Source: an uncultured Christensenella sp.
GTDB lineage: Bacteria; Bacillota; Clostridia; Christensenellales; UBA3700
Direction: 5' to 3'
DNA: 64,000 nt
NCBI GenBank assembly: GCA_949284695.1
Contig: CASDWJ010000019.1
Span: 279-64,278 of the forward strand
Numbering within the stretch: position 1 is the first letter of the stretch; every line of letters begins with the position of its first letter. A model generated the notes under the pieces. The model ran no database searches. It was not told the DNA's origin and worked only from the letters and a program-made list of their open reading frames with translations. Of the stretch, positions 49,972-60,059 are shown piece by piece. The translations under genes were made by a program, and so were the position numbers.

Positions 49972-51594
49972 TCAAAAATCAGTACTAACCGAAGAATTCA
50001 CTTTGCCGTCGCGTTCGTCGAAAGTTCCCGCGTTGGTGAACGGGCGGGTATTTACGCTCCTGGGCGCTACTCTGAAAGAAGTCGCCTGGACGTTTTCGAC
50101 GTTGTAAAGATACAGACCGTAAACGGGCATGTCGTGGTAGGCGCTCAGCTCGTGGGAAATAAAATAACTGTGCGACACGCGCGTTATTTCGGGATATCCG
50201 TCCATGTTTGCGTGCAGAACGTCATTCCCGTTGTAAATATCGAGATCTTCTCCGCACTCGCGGTATGCGATATTGATATTATCCAAAGTCACGTTTTTCA
50301 CGGGATATACAGTATTCTTGTAATCGCAACCGACGACCGCGCTTGCAATATCGACGTCTTTAGCATAAACGTTGCTGATCGTAACGCCGTCTATGCTGCC
50401 CATCGTCCCGTCGCTTCCTTTGTCCTCGTCGAGTCTGCAACCGAGCCATATCAGAATCGCGGACGGCACGTTGTTCATCACTATATCGCTGACGGTAACG
50501 TCCGATACGTTTGCGCCGTCGACAGACTCTATCGCTATGCCGGAATATCCTCCCGCGATCTCTGCGCAGAAGAAATAACAGTCGCTGACGGTTACGTTTT
50601 TCACGTCGTATCCCGTCTCTGTACCTATCTTGAAGTTGTTGGCAAGCGACATTATCTCGCAATCGCTGACAGTCACGTTCTCTATCTCTCCGACGTTGGA
50701 TTTGAGTACTATTCCGTCATCGCCCGTCGCAATAAAGCAATGCTCTATATTTACATTGCTTGTGCCGCATATATCGAAGCCGTCGCTGTTTGCAACGTAG
50801 ATATTGTTGTCGATAACCACGTCTGAAATCTCTACACCGTCGCAAAGTTCGAATTTTACCGTCCACGTTGACGGCTCGTAGAGCACGAGATTGTAAAGCG
50901 ACACGTTTTGACAATCAATCGCGTATATCAGATTGCAACCGAATTCTTCGCTCTTTCTCTCTCTTATCCTTGCACGGTAAGATAGCACTTTTTCTTTCAG
51001 GTTGAAGGTCTCCTGCGGCAGATTCTTGGTCGGGTTTTCGCTCTCTTTCGTATAATCGGTGCCGTTGCCGTCGAGTTTTCCCGGTCCGACTATGCTCCAG
51101 TCGTCGACGCCTTCTGCTCTTATCAGCGCACCGTCGAGCAGCTGTCTTTTTTCTGCGGTCGTATATTCGTCGTAATCGGGAAGTTTAAGCGCGCTTCCCT
51201 CTGCGATACACATCGTCACCCCGCTTTTCATATACAGCGTGCCGGTATAGTAAACGCCGCCGCTGACTTCGACCGCGCCGCGCCCGTCACCGTTTGCGGA
51301 AGCCTCGTCTATCGCCGCCTGCAACAACGCGGTGTTTTCTTTTGCGCTCTTATCGGGAGACGCGCCGAAATCTTTCGCCGATACCCAATAGAGGTCGTCG
51401 GTAAAAGCGGCAACCTGAAGATATTCGTCGTAAGGTACGTCTGCGACGTGCGCGCCGTCGCCGTCCGTAAGCGAATACTCCTTCATCTCGGGGAAATCAA
51501 TTTCCGTTGTTTTCTCTCCGCAACCTGCAAAAGTAACCGATACCGAACACGTGAGCACCGCCGCAAGAGTCAGCGCCACGGATTTTATTTTCAT
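49972..51594 (-). CDS. GH28-like (pectin-lyase-fold) lipoprotein
   Basis: Lipobox FAGC; LQAAID, G.YYTGTL.MKSGV, NSDGFD, TGDD.I.LKS and KIGTET motifs; start set at 51594. Confidence 0.88.
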   Translation of the reverse strand: MKIKSVALTLAAVLTCSVSVTFAGCGEKTTEIDFPEMKEYSLTDGDGAHVADVPYDEYLQVAAFTDDLYWVSAKDFGASPDKSAKENTALLQAAIDEASANGDGRGAVEVSGGVYYTGTLYMKSGVTMCIAEGSALKLPDYDEYTTAEKRQLLDGALIRAEGVDDWSIVGPGKLDGNGTDYTKESENPTKNLPQETFNLKEKVLSYRARIRERKSEEFGCNLIYAIDCQNVSLYNLVLYEPSTWTVKFELCDGVEISDVVIDNNIYVANSDGFDICGTSNVNIEHCFIATGDDGIVLKSNVGEIENVTVSDCEIMSLANNFKIGTETGYDVKNVTVSDCYFFCAEIAGGYSGIAIESVDGANVSDVTVSDIVMNNVPSAILIWLGCRLDEDKGSDGTMGSIDGVTISNVYAKDVDIASAVVGCDYKNTVYPVKNVTLDNINIAYRECGEDLDIYNGNDVLHANMDGYPEITRVSHSYFISHELSAYHDMPVYGLYLYNVENVQATSFRVAPRSVNTRPFTNAGTFDERDGKVNSSVSTDF

Positions 51595-51711
51595 ATTTTC
51601 CTCTTTGCGGTGATCTTTGCAGATCCGAAATCGGCATTGCAAACTTATCCTGCCCGCATTTATCAGTTTTTATAGTCAAAATACGACGACGCAAAGATAC
51701 CGCCGCAAAAC

Positions 51712-54447
51712 TCAGCCTTTTATATCGAAATCCACCGTCACGCTTTCGCCCGCCTTGAGCGTCACGCTCTTGCTTGCCGACGACAGTCCGCACGATATCT
51801 CTATCGTCTGATCGATATCGCTCCTGACGGTAACGCTCGCCTTGCCCGTCTTGAGCGACCAGCTGAGGTTGGTGACCTCTGCGCGCGTACGGCACATTAT
51901 GCCCTTGATATATCCCTCGTCGAAGCCGCTTGTAGGCAGCGCGGGCAGAACTTCTATTTCTCCGACGTTGGAATATACGAGCGCTTCGTTGACCATGCCG
52001 AGGTAGCCAATCGCAAAGTCGGTACAATAGCAACTGCTTCTGTTTGTATGGTGATTTGTCATAAGAGAGTTGTAGTATATCGTCCACAGTTCTCTGCCGT
52101 TCATCAGCCCGACCATCGCCTCTGTCACGCTGTCTCTGTCCTTGAGTCTCGCGGCGATAAGCGAGCGGTGTATCAGCGCATGGCTTGCCTCGTTTTCACT
52201 CTCTCTGTTGGCGATGGCCTGTATCGCCGCATTGCGGAGCGCTTCGTCGTCCTGCGTTTCAAACAGAGGCCATACCATATACATATGGCTGAGATGTCTG
52301 TGAGTGTTGTTTTCTTCAAACTGATTTGCCGCCCATTCCTTGATCGCACCGCTCTCGTCGTACAGATACGGCGGTATCTTTTCAAGCAGGCTTTCCCACT
52401 TGCTTACGTCAGCCGTCGGATTTACCGAACGCCATATCTCGATGAGCATTTCGAGGTTGCTCCTGCACGCCGCTATGTCTATCGCCGAGTTTGCGCAGGA
52501 CGGCGACGGATAGTTGGACGGGTTGTTCTCGGGCGAATAGGACGGGATTATGCAATAAGTCTCGCCTTCTGCAAGAGCGGTCTTGCCCTCCTCGTAACGG
52601 ATGTTGCCGTCCGCGTCGGTGTAATACTCGGGCACCATAAGCTGATCCCAGTAATTTGCCGACTTAAGGAGAAGCGGCAAGAGAATCTCGCTCCTCAGGT
52701 CGAGGTAACCTTTCGCCTTTATCTCCGCGATCTTCTCGTCTGTGAGCGGCACGTTTGTCATTGAGAGCGCCGCGCGGATATCCTCGAGACTGAATTCGTC
52801 CGAGAGCGGTATCTGCACGTCGCCGTAGCATTGCAGAGTCTCGTAAAGCGGCTGAAGCATCCAGCTTGCGCCAGCATTCCAGTATCTGAACGGATAGGGG
52901 TAACAGCTCTCGGTCAGCAGCGCCATGTCGCCGTCGCTGTTGACGGGAGCCTGAATCGCGTCCTCGTAGCCGTGAGACGCGTACGCGTTGTCCATCCAGT
53001 CGTCAACCTGCCTCAGAATAAAGTTGACGTAGCCGACGTATGCGTCGCTTATGTTGCCCGTATTCATCGAAGAAGTCTGAAGGTTGACGTTGGCGTCCAT
53101 GGTATACTTGCTTCCCCAGTCGCGCACCCACTCGCCCGTCCACATGCCGAACAGTCTGCTCGTACTCGTGCCCGCGCAACACAGATATGCGTATCTGCCG
53201 GAATAGTACGCTCTTTCCGCAAGAGTATTGTTGACCGTGGTGTTGTTGACCTTTCTTTTGGTCAGCTCCTCGTTGGGCACGGTTATGTCCGCGCCGAGAG
53301 AGAACTCCACCGCATTGTACTGCGGCGTGAAAATGTCGGTATGGCTCTTGAGCGCGCCCTCGTAATCGAACACTCCGTCTTTGTTGTATTTGTCTACGAC
53401 CGCCTTGACTTTCTCACGGAGCGAAGTCTCGATCGCATAGCTTTCCTGCCCCGCAAAGTCGTTGTATGCGCCCATATCGTAAGTGCGGTCGGACGCGGTC
53501 ACGACATAGATCTTCGTCGCGCCGCTGACCTTTATGCCGGGGATATCGTCTCCGATATACTGTTCTTCGGCTTTCCCTTCCACGGTGACGAGTTCTTTGG
53601 TGCCGCCCTCGCAGAATATATAGCTGACCGTCGCGTAGCCGCCGTCTTTGAGTTCGCTTCCTTCATAGGACGGATAATGCGCGACAAAGCCGAGATACTC
53701 AAGGCTGCCGTCCACCGTTCTTTTATAGCGGATATCTTTTTCGCTGGGATACACGTCTCCCGTCTTGCCGAAGTTCGCCATCGTCGAAAGGCTGTCGTAA
53801 GAGAACGTCACATTGAGTTTCGCGCCCGTTGACGAAGCGGTGAGCTGAGTGATCGTCACGTCGTCCGCCTTGGAAGTAAAAGTCAGCCTGTCCCACTGCC
53901 CGTCGCCGTCAGTGTACCTCGTACCCACCTGCGCGGTGTCATAGTCGGTATATCTCATATATCCGCTCGGCTCGGTCTCCGCGGCTATCTTGTCCGTCTG
54001 TGCCATTCTGAGAATAGCGCCCGCATGATAGGAGTAGACGTCCATATAGTTCTGCGTATCGACGATGTCTTTGCCGTTGATTATGTTCTGTCTGACCGTC
54101 TCGAGTTCGTCATAAGTGACGGGGTTCTCTCTGGGGTTGGGATTGGGCAGAATGAAATGTATGTTCTGAAAAATGACCGTGTCGTTATACGGCGAGCCTG
54201 CGATTATCGCACCCTGCTTTCCGTTGCCCGTGACCATGCCTTGCCTCCAGTACTGGTTGCTGTTGGTCTTGGTCGCGCTGAGTTCGGAATAAGTCTCGGC
54301 ATAAGAGGACTTCGCGTCGCTCTCGAAAAGCGCGCCGCTGTACTCTTGTTTTTCGTCTTTGTTTTTGCATGAAGCCGCAAACATCACGGCAAAAACCGTA
54401 ACCGCCAGAACGGCGAGAACAGTGAAAAATCTTCTGGTTTTTATCAT
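51712..54447 (-). CDS. GH95-like glycoside hydrolase lipoprotein (alpha-1,2-fucosidase family)
   Basis: Lipobox AASC; W..G...GNG..GA, GRY, L.G.W, YT.DAN.NL, PSYSPEN, EW, HRHLSH.Y and LPALP motifs. Confidence 0.85.
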   Translation of the reverse strand: MIKTRRFFTVLAVLAVTVFAVMFAASCKNKDEKQEYSGALFESDAKSSYAETYSELSATKTNSNQYWRQGMVTGNGKQGAIIAGSPYNDTVIFQNIHFILPNPNPRENPVTYDELETVRQNIINGKDIVDTQNYMDVYSYHAGAILRMAQTDKIAAETEPSGYMRYTDYDTAQVGTRYTDGDGQWDRLTFTSKADDVTITQLTASSTGAKLNVTFSYDSLSTMANFGKTGDVYPSEKDIRYKRTVDGSLEYLGFVAHYPSYEGSELKDGGYATVSYIFCEGGTKELVTVEGKAEEQYIGDDIPGIKVSGATKIYVVTASDRTYDMGAYNDFAGQESYAIETSLREKVKAVVDKYNKDGVFDYEGALKSHTDIFTPQYNAVEFSLGADITVPNEELTKRKVNNTTVNNTLAERAYYSGRYAYLCCAGTSTSRLFGMWTGEWVRDWGSKYTMDANVNLQTSSMNTGNISDAYVGYVNFILRQVDDWMDNAYASHGYEDAIQAPVNSDGDMALLTESCYPYPFRYWNAGASWMLQPLYETLQCYGDVQIPLSDEFSLEDIRAALSMTNVPLTDEKIAEIKAKGYLDLRSEILLPLLLKSANYWDQLMVPEYYTDADGNIRYEEGKTALAEGETYCIIPSYSPENNPSNYPSPSCANSAIDIAACRSNLEMLIEIWRSVNPTADVSKWESLLEKIPPYLYDESGAIKEWAANQFEENNTHRHLSHMYMVWPLFETQDDEALRNAAIQAIANRESENEASHALIHRSLIAARLKDRDSVTEAMVGLMNGRELWTIYYNSLMTNHHTNRSSCYCTDFAIGYLGMVNEALVYSNVGEIEVLPALPTSGFDEGYIKGIMCRTRAEVTNLSWSLKTGKASVTVRSDIDQTIEISCGLSSASKSVTLKAGESVTVDFDIKG

Positions 54448-54493
54448 AATACTTCCCTCACTCATTTTATTTTAACAAAGCGCGCAATGCGTG

Positions 54494-54940
54494 TCAATTA
54501 CGCAAATATGCATAATGGTGTGTATTTAGTCCATAAAACGCGCAAAATAAATAGCGCCCTTTTTCGGCGGTACAGTAACCGTTGTAATGACAGGGTACGG
54601 TATCGGGAGAAAATATCCTCGCTATCACGGCGGTAAGCAACGGAAACAGCGCGGCGATAAGAAGCAAAGTGAAAGATATTTTTCCTGCCCGTGTTCGTTT
54701 AGCGCAGTTTATATCGTCAACTTTCTTCGCGCCTCTGCTTTCTACGAAGAAGTCCATGTCTACCCCGAAAAGTTCGGAAAGCCGTTTCAGATAAAAGACG
54801 TCCGGCACGCCTCTGCCGCATTCCCACTTGCTGACGTTTTTGTCGCTGACGTGGAGCATTTCCGCAAGTTCGCGCTGAGTCCAGCCCTTTTCCTTACGCT
54901 TTTCCGCGATCTTGTCTCCTATCTCTTTCATAACGTCCAT
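54494..54940 (-). pseudogene. XRE-HTH plus truncated DUF1648/SdpI-like membrane region (probably 3'-truncated)
   Basis: HTH (WTQRELAEMLHVSDKNVSKWECG), one TM and PDTVPCHYN, then an abrupt switch to non-homologous sequence. Confidence 0.55.
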
Positions 54941-55096
54941 TGTGTTTTCCTCCTCGCGGCTCCTCATCTCAATTCTATTGAACTACCCGACGCATGTCAA
55001 TAACAAATGCAAAAATGCGCTCTCTACTATCGGCAGAGTGCGTTTTTTGCACAAAAAAAGAGAAGCTCCTCTCCTTCCGAATCATGATAAGACGTG

Positions 55097-55330
55097 TTAA
55101 TCTCCCGGGTTTTCTTCGTCAAAAAGTGACGAGTCGAAAAATTCGTTGAGAGAAATTTTAAATCCCTGACAGATGCCGTATACGGTAGCAAGCGTAACCG
55201 TTTTGCTGTTTCTCATAGTCGCCAACGTTGAATACGGAATACCGCCCTCTATGCAGAGTTTGTACATGGTAATGCACTTTTCTTTCAAAAGTTCTTCCGT
55301 TCCCGCATAAACCGCGTCTACAAGCCGCAT
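55097..55330 (-). CDS. XRE/Cro-C1 HTH protein (77 aa)
   Basis: Start 55330: MRLVDAV...LLKEK.ITMYKL...GIPYSTL...TV..IC.GF.ISL.EFFDS.LF. Confidence 0.8.
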   Translation of the reverse strand: MRLVDAVYAGTEELLKEKCITMYKLCIEGGIPYSTLATMRNSKTVTLATVYGICQGFKISLNEFFDSSLFDEENPGD

Positions 55331-55517
55331 TTTTGCCCCTACGCATATTGTTATATCGGTTTTATTATAAGAAATCAGATATAAAAAATATGTTGGTATA
55401 CCAACATGCAATTGACCTTATATAACGCAATCTTTTTCAAAGCACAAAATAACGGTCAACCTTTTTACAAAATAAAGACCCTCCCTACGCGGGAAGGTCT
55501 TTTGCGTTGAAAAACAA

Positions 55518-56501
55518 TCAAAGCATGCTCTTTCTGAGTTCCGCTCCGCTCTTTGCGCTGAGGTATGCGGGAGGCACGTCCAGTACGGTCACGCAACCTG
55601 TCCTGCCCTCTTTGCTCATCTTCGCTACCGCACGCGCATACGCGACCAATACGCTGGAAGTGAAAGCAGGATTGGAATCCAGCTTAAGAGAATATTCGAC
55701 CACGTTGTCGTATTCGTCGTTTGCGCCCGTCTTGCCGCTTCTGATGACAAAGCCGCCGTGAGGTATACCCTTGTGCTTTGAGTCGAGTTCTTCCTGAGAA
55801 ATAAAGTTGACGGTAGTGTCGTAGTCGGCAAAATAGTTGGGCATCTCCTTGATCTCCTTTTCTATCCTCGCCTTGTCCGCGCCTTCCTCTACCACGACGT
55901 AGCACTCTCTGGTGTGCTTCTGACGGGTGGAAAGATCGGGATTGCTACCGCTTCTGACAGCGTCCAGAGCCGCCTGAACGGGCACGGTGTACTGTCTCGC
56001 GTCGACGACGCCTTTCACTCTCCTTATCGCGTCGGAATGTCCCTGACTCACGCCCTTGCCCCAGAACGTGTATGTCGCGCCGCCGGGGAGCACGCTGTCG
56101 CCGTATACGCGGGCGATAGAGAACATACCGGGATCCCAGCCGCAGCTGATGAGGGCAAGTTTTCCGCTCTCCTTTGCCGCCTTGTCTACCGCGTCGAAAT
56201 GCGCGGGGATATTAGCGTGAGTATCGAAGCTGTCGACCACGTTGAAATCAGCCGCATACGCGGGAGTCTGCACGGGCAGATCTGTTGCCGAGCCGCCGCA
56301 CAGGATGAGTACGTCTATTTCGTCCTTATAAGCCTTCGCGTTCTCGGTCTTGTCGACTTTTACGCCTTTAGTCAAAGGCTTTATCGACGCGGGATCTCGC
56401 CTTGTCAAGATGACTTTGAGTTGAAAATCGGGGTTGTGCATGACCGCCGCTTCGACTCCTCTGCCCAGATTGCCGTAACCTGAAATGCCTAATCTTATCA
56501 T
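55518..56501 (-). CDS. ddh: meso-diaminopimelate D-dehydrogenase
   Basis: Start revised to 56501: GYGNLGRG, CGGSATDLP, VDSFDTHA, GWDPG.FS, TFWG.GVSQGHSDAIRR, HGG.V and SNP.FT motifs. Confidence 0.97.
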   Translation of the reverse strand: MIRLGISGYGNLGRGVEAAVMHNPDFQLKVILTRRDPASIKPLTKGVKVDKTENAKAYKDEIDVLILCGGSATDLPVQTPAYAADFNVVDSFDTHANIPAHFDAVDKAAKESGKLALISCGWDPGMFSIARVYGDSVLPGGATYTFWGKGVSQGHSDAIRRVKGVVDARQYTVPVQAALDAVRSGSNPDLSTRQKHTRECYVVVEEGADKARIEKEIKEMPNYFADYDTTVNFISQEELDSKHKGIPHGGFVIRSGKTGANDEYDNVVEYSLKLDSNPAFTSSVLVAYARAVAKMSKEGRTGCVTVLDVPPAYLSAKSGAELRKSML

Positions 56502-56727
56502 AAACCGCTCCTTGAAAAAATTTATTTTATTATATAATACGCAAGCCGCATTTGTCAAAAATACGACGGAAAAAACCTTTATCTCACGCAAAAAAACGTG
56601 CATTTTCGCCGTCGCCGAATTCAGATCCCGCTTCTGCACGGCGCCGCTTTGCAAATACCTGCATTTTATTTTTATCCCTGCGTACAAAAAAAGAGAGGGA
56701 CGCGCCCTCTCTTTTCTTTTGTCGATT

Positions 56728-58374
56728 TTATTTCGTATCGAGTTTTGCAAAGACTATCGCGTCGCTATAATTGACCTTGCCTATCTCTGCCAGCACATAT
56801 ACGTTGCCGTCCTTGTCGCCGTCCATACACGAGTAGCCCGCCGCTCCGCCGTAGATAAGTTTGCTCGTCCAGTTCTCTCCGTCGGTCGTAGTGCCCACCG
56901 ACAGATTGACTCTCGTATGGAACGAGTCGGGGTAACTGAGCATCAGTTTGCCGTCGTGTACGTAGAGCGACGCCATACATATGGGAGTTTTGAGCGTCGT
57001 GAATTTTTCTTTGATATACCAGGTCGCGCCGCCGTCTTTAGAATACGACAGCTTCTGGAACTGTCTGGGGTGGTAATCGCAGCAGCCCGCACCGTCTCTG
57101 ACGACCATCACCACTTCACCGCTCTCCAGCACCGCCGCTTCGCATTCGTTGCCGCTGCCCGCGACTTCGCTTCTCTGCCAGGTCAGACCGTGGTCGTCGC
57201 TGTATATAACGAAAGAACTGCCGTTGTTGCTTGCGGGTACGATTATCCTGCCGTCGAACTCTCCGCCTCTGATCTGTACCGCCTTGCCGGGACCGACCAT
57301 CAGAGTATCCGCGCGCACTCCGTCAGCCGCGCCTCTCTTGATGTTGGGATCTTTGGGCAGGCTGATATTGATCGGCTCTTCCCAGTCAAAAGTCAGATCA
57401 TCTTTGAGCCTGCCTCTGATATTGAAAGTGTTGTAGTTGAAACCCGTCGACTTGGTCGCACTCATGTGCACTATGTTGAGAAGTCCCGTATCCCTGTCCA
57501 GCACCACGGTCGGGTTGCCGTACTTGCCTACTTCTTCGCCGAACGTGAATATGGTTTTCTGCTCTCCCCAGGTCTTGCCTCCGTCGAGCGAGAATTTGCC
57601 CAGCATATCCACTACGCCTACGTCGTGAGCAGAATTTTTTCTGCCCTCCACGAGCGCGAGGAGCACGTCTCTTTCAAAGTGCGTGCCGCATTTTGCATTG
57701 AGTATATCCTTATCCATTACGATAAGCGACGGGATCCTGTATGCGGAATAACCGTCCGTCTTGCCCTCGAAAAGCAGATAGGGTGCGCCGTCGGTATTGT
57801 GGAACTTGCCGTACTTCTGGCTTCTCGCCCATGCTGCGCCGACAAGCATGGTGAGCACGATGGTAGCGGATATAATGCAGGACATCACGTACGCTTTCGT
57901 CACTATCGCGACGAGTGCCGCCACGAGCATGAACACCGCGCCAGCGATGAGCATTATCATATTGAGCGTGTTGAGCGCTATGGGTTGGAAAAGGTCGACC
58001 ACCAGCGCTTTTATGATTATATACACGAGAAAAGCCGCGCCCAGCACAAGCAGGACTATCGAACTGACGAGCGCGTCTGCTCCCGACTCTACGCCCGTAA
58101 TCGCCACAATTAGTCCCACTACGGGAAGCACCGCCATCGCACAGCAGAACAACGCCGACATCGCCGTCGACGAAAAGAACAACCCGTCGTTGAAGATCAG
58201 GAACATAAAGACCGCCACTGCAAGTACGAGAAACGCAATCGCTGCCACGACGAACGTCCATATATTGTCGAAACACGCGTCGGAAAAAACACCGCAAAGC
58301 ACGGCTGCGACGATCAGCATCGCGATAAACGCACCGAGCACCGCGAGTTGCGGCGCATGTTTTTTGTCAAACAT
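56728..58374 (-). CDS. GH33 sialidase fused to an N-terminal ~6-TM domain
   Basis: YRIP motif, four Asp boxes (SLDGGKTW, SDDHGLTW, SKDGGATW, TTDGENW), NECE, R in MVVRD and HTR, AGYS tyrosine. Confidence 0.88.
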   Translation of the reverse strand: MFDKKHAPQLAVLGAFIAMLIVAAVLCGVFSDACFDNIWTFVVAAIAFLVLAVAVFMFLIFNDGLFFSSTAMSALFCCAMAVLPVVGLIVAITGVESGADALVSSIVLLVLGAAFLVYIIIKALVVDLFQPIALNTLNMIMLIAGAVFMLVAALVAIVTKAYVMSCIISATIVLTMLVGAAWARSQKYGKFHNTDGAPYLLFEGKTDGYSAYRIPSLIVMDKDILNAKCGTHFERDVLLALVEGRKNSAHDVGVVDMLGKFSLDGGKTWGEQKTIFTFGEEVGKYGNPTVVLDRDTGLLNIVHMSATKSTGFNYNTFNIRGRLKDDLTFDWEEPINISLPKDPNIKRGAADGVRADTLMVGPGKAVQIRGGEFDGRIIVPASNNGSSFVIYSDDHGLTWQRSEVAGSGNECEAAVLESGEVVMVVRDGAGCCDYHPRQFQKLSYSKDGGATWYIKEKFTTLKTPICMASLYVHDGKLMLSYPDSFHTRVNLSVGTTTDGENWTSKLIYGGAAGYSCMDGDKDGNVYVLAEIGKVNYSDAIVFAKLDTK

Positions 58375-58514
58375 AATACCTCCTTATCGGCAGACAGCCG
58401 CGGATACGTCGTATCCGTATCTTTATCTTTTATATTTTACCATATAAAAACGCAATTGTCCAAAAATATCTCCGTATTGTGAATTTTATATGCCGCGCAC
58501 CCGACAGACGCACA

Positions 58515-58543
58515 TTGACAGCGCAGCGCGCACGTTATATAAT
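58515..58543 (+). promoter_or_regulatory. consensus sigmaA promoter
   Basis: TTGACA (58515-58520), N17, TATAAT (58538-58543). Confidence 0.85.
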
Positions 58544-58567
58544 ATTATCGGTGACGGAGGGAGTTTT

Positions 58568-59473
58568 ATGAAGAAGATTTACTCATTTACTATTGTCGTT
58601 CTCATCCTTGCCTGCTTGATCTTGTCGTTTTGCGCCTGCGACGACGCGCCGCCGTCTTACGACGGTTACAGAGTATACGACGTGATGAGCATGAACATAA
58701 GAATGGACGCAATAATCGACTTCAACGAAAAAAACTGGGATGACGGCAGAGGCGCGCTCGTATGCGACTATATCAGGAACAGCGGAGCCGACGTGGTCTG
58801 TCTGCAGGAAGTCTGCCTCAATCAGCACGAAGACATCCTTAACGCTCTCGGCGACGTCTATTCCGTGATATACTACCAACGCGAAGCTGAAGGACGCAAT
58901 CCGGAAGGGCTTGCTATCCTTTACAGCAACGAGTTCGAGCTTGTCGAAAGCAACCGCTTCTGGCTGAGTTCCACTCCCGACACAGAGTCGAAGGACTGGG
59001 GAGCCGCATATAAAAGGATAAGCGTGAACGCCGTACTCCGAGACAAGACGACGAGTCGGGAAATCAACGTCTTCACCGTACATCTCGACCATATCAGCGA
59101 GCTGTCGCGCGAAAACGGTCTGTCTCTTATCCTCGAACGCGCGGCGCAGTACGACTGCCCCGCCATACTCGCGGGAGACTTCAACACTAACGAAAACAGC
59201 GACTGCTATTCTATCGTCGCAGAGCAGATGCAGGACTGCCGCAAGGTCGCGCCCGTGACCGACAGCGGTCTTACATATCAGAACTTCGGCTCGATAAAAC
59301 AAACCGAAGAAAGTTTGCCGATAGACTTCTGCTTTGCCGATAACTCATTCAGCGTGTTCGAATTCGATATAAAAGCAGAAACTACGGACGACGGCGTTTA
59401 TTACTCCGATCACTATGCGATAACAGCAAAGCTCGGGCTTCCGCTCCCCGAAACTGCAGAAGGATCGGCTTGA
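58568..59473 (+). CDS. endonuclease/exonuclease/phosphatase family lipoprotein
   Basis: Lipobox FCAC; MSMNIR, DVVCLQEV, FWLS.TP, HLDH, AGDFN, IDF and SDHY motifs. Confidence 0.92.
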   Translation: MKKIYSFTIVVLILACLILSFCACDDAPPSYDGYRVYDVMSMNIRMDAIIDFNEKNWDDGRGALVCDYIRNSGADVVCLQEVCLNQHEDILNALGDVYSVIYYQREAEGRNPEGLAILYSNEFELVESNRFWLSSTPDTESKDWGAAYKRISVNAVLRDKTTSREINVFTVHLDHISELSRENGLSLILERAAQYDCPAILAGDFNTNENSDCYSIVAEQMQDCRKVAPVTDSGLTYQNFGSIKQTEESLPIDFCFADNSFSVFEFDIKAETTDDGVYYSDHYAITAKLGLPLPETAEGSA

Positions 59474-59601
59474 CGGATCACCCCGACAAGACAACTAAAA
59501 AATATAAGACAATGCAAAACGGGATCCGCAGATACGGGTCCCGTTCTGAACGATTATCTGTCAGCCATGCCGTTCCGGTCAACAGCGACATCTGAACCGT
59601 C

Positions 59602-60048
59602 TCATCTGTATTTTATTTTGAAAACCGCCTTTTTGACCTGTCTGCAACAGGTCGAATCGTCTCGTATGCTCGGCGCGTGCGCTTCTCCCGGCATAAACAT
59701 ACACCAATCGCCTGCTTTCATCGTAAGATAAGCGAATTCTCCGCTCCAGATCGCGATGTCTTTTTCTGCGGAATACGGCGTCACTTCTCCGAGCTTGCCT
59801 GCGGGCACTCCCATGAGCTCCTCGCCCTCGAGTATAAGCTGTATGTCCGCATAATTCTCGTGCGTTTCCGCTGTCGCGCCCTCTTTGGGTCTCGGCTCGT
59901 AGGTCATCACGTTGACGAACACTCCGTCCGCAATGTCGTGTCTGCCGAGCGAAAAATCTGCGTTCTTGTCTTTTGCCATTGCCATACACAGCGCGACTTT
60001 TTCGTCGAGATCGTCGTAAAAGTCGTCTGCAAGTTTTGAATATATCAT
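59602..60048 (-). CDS. YhcH/YjgK/YiaL (DUF386) family protein
   Basis: Start 60048 with SD AGGAG; ETHENYADIQL.L.GEE, D, FMPGEAHAP and VKK.V.K motifs. Confidence 0.9.
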   Translation of the reverse strand: MIYSKLADDFYDDLDEKVALCMAMAKDKNADFSLGRHDIADGVFVNVMTYEPRPKEGATAETHENYADIQLILEGEELMGVPAGKLGEVTPYSAEKDIAIWSGEFAYLTMKAGDWCMFMPGEAHAPSIRDDSTCCRQVKKAVFKIKYR

Positions 60049-60059
60049 CTTTTCTCCTT

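Noticed and set aside
56502-56727. Lysine riboswitch upstream of ddh
   Set aside because: A promoter-like TTGACA...TATAAT sits within ~55 nt of the ATG, leaving no room for the aptamer.
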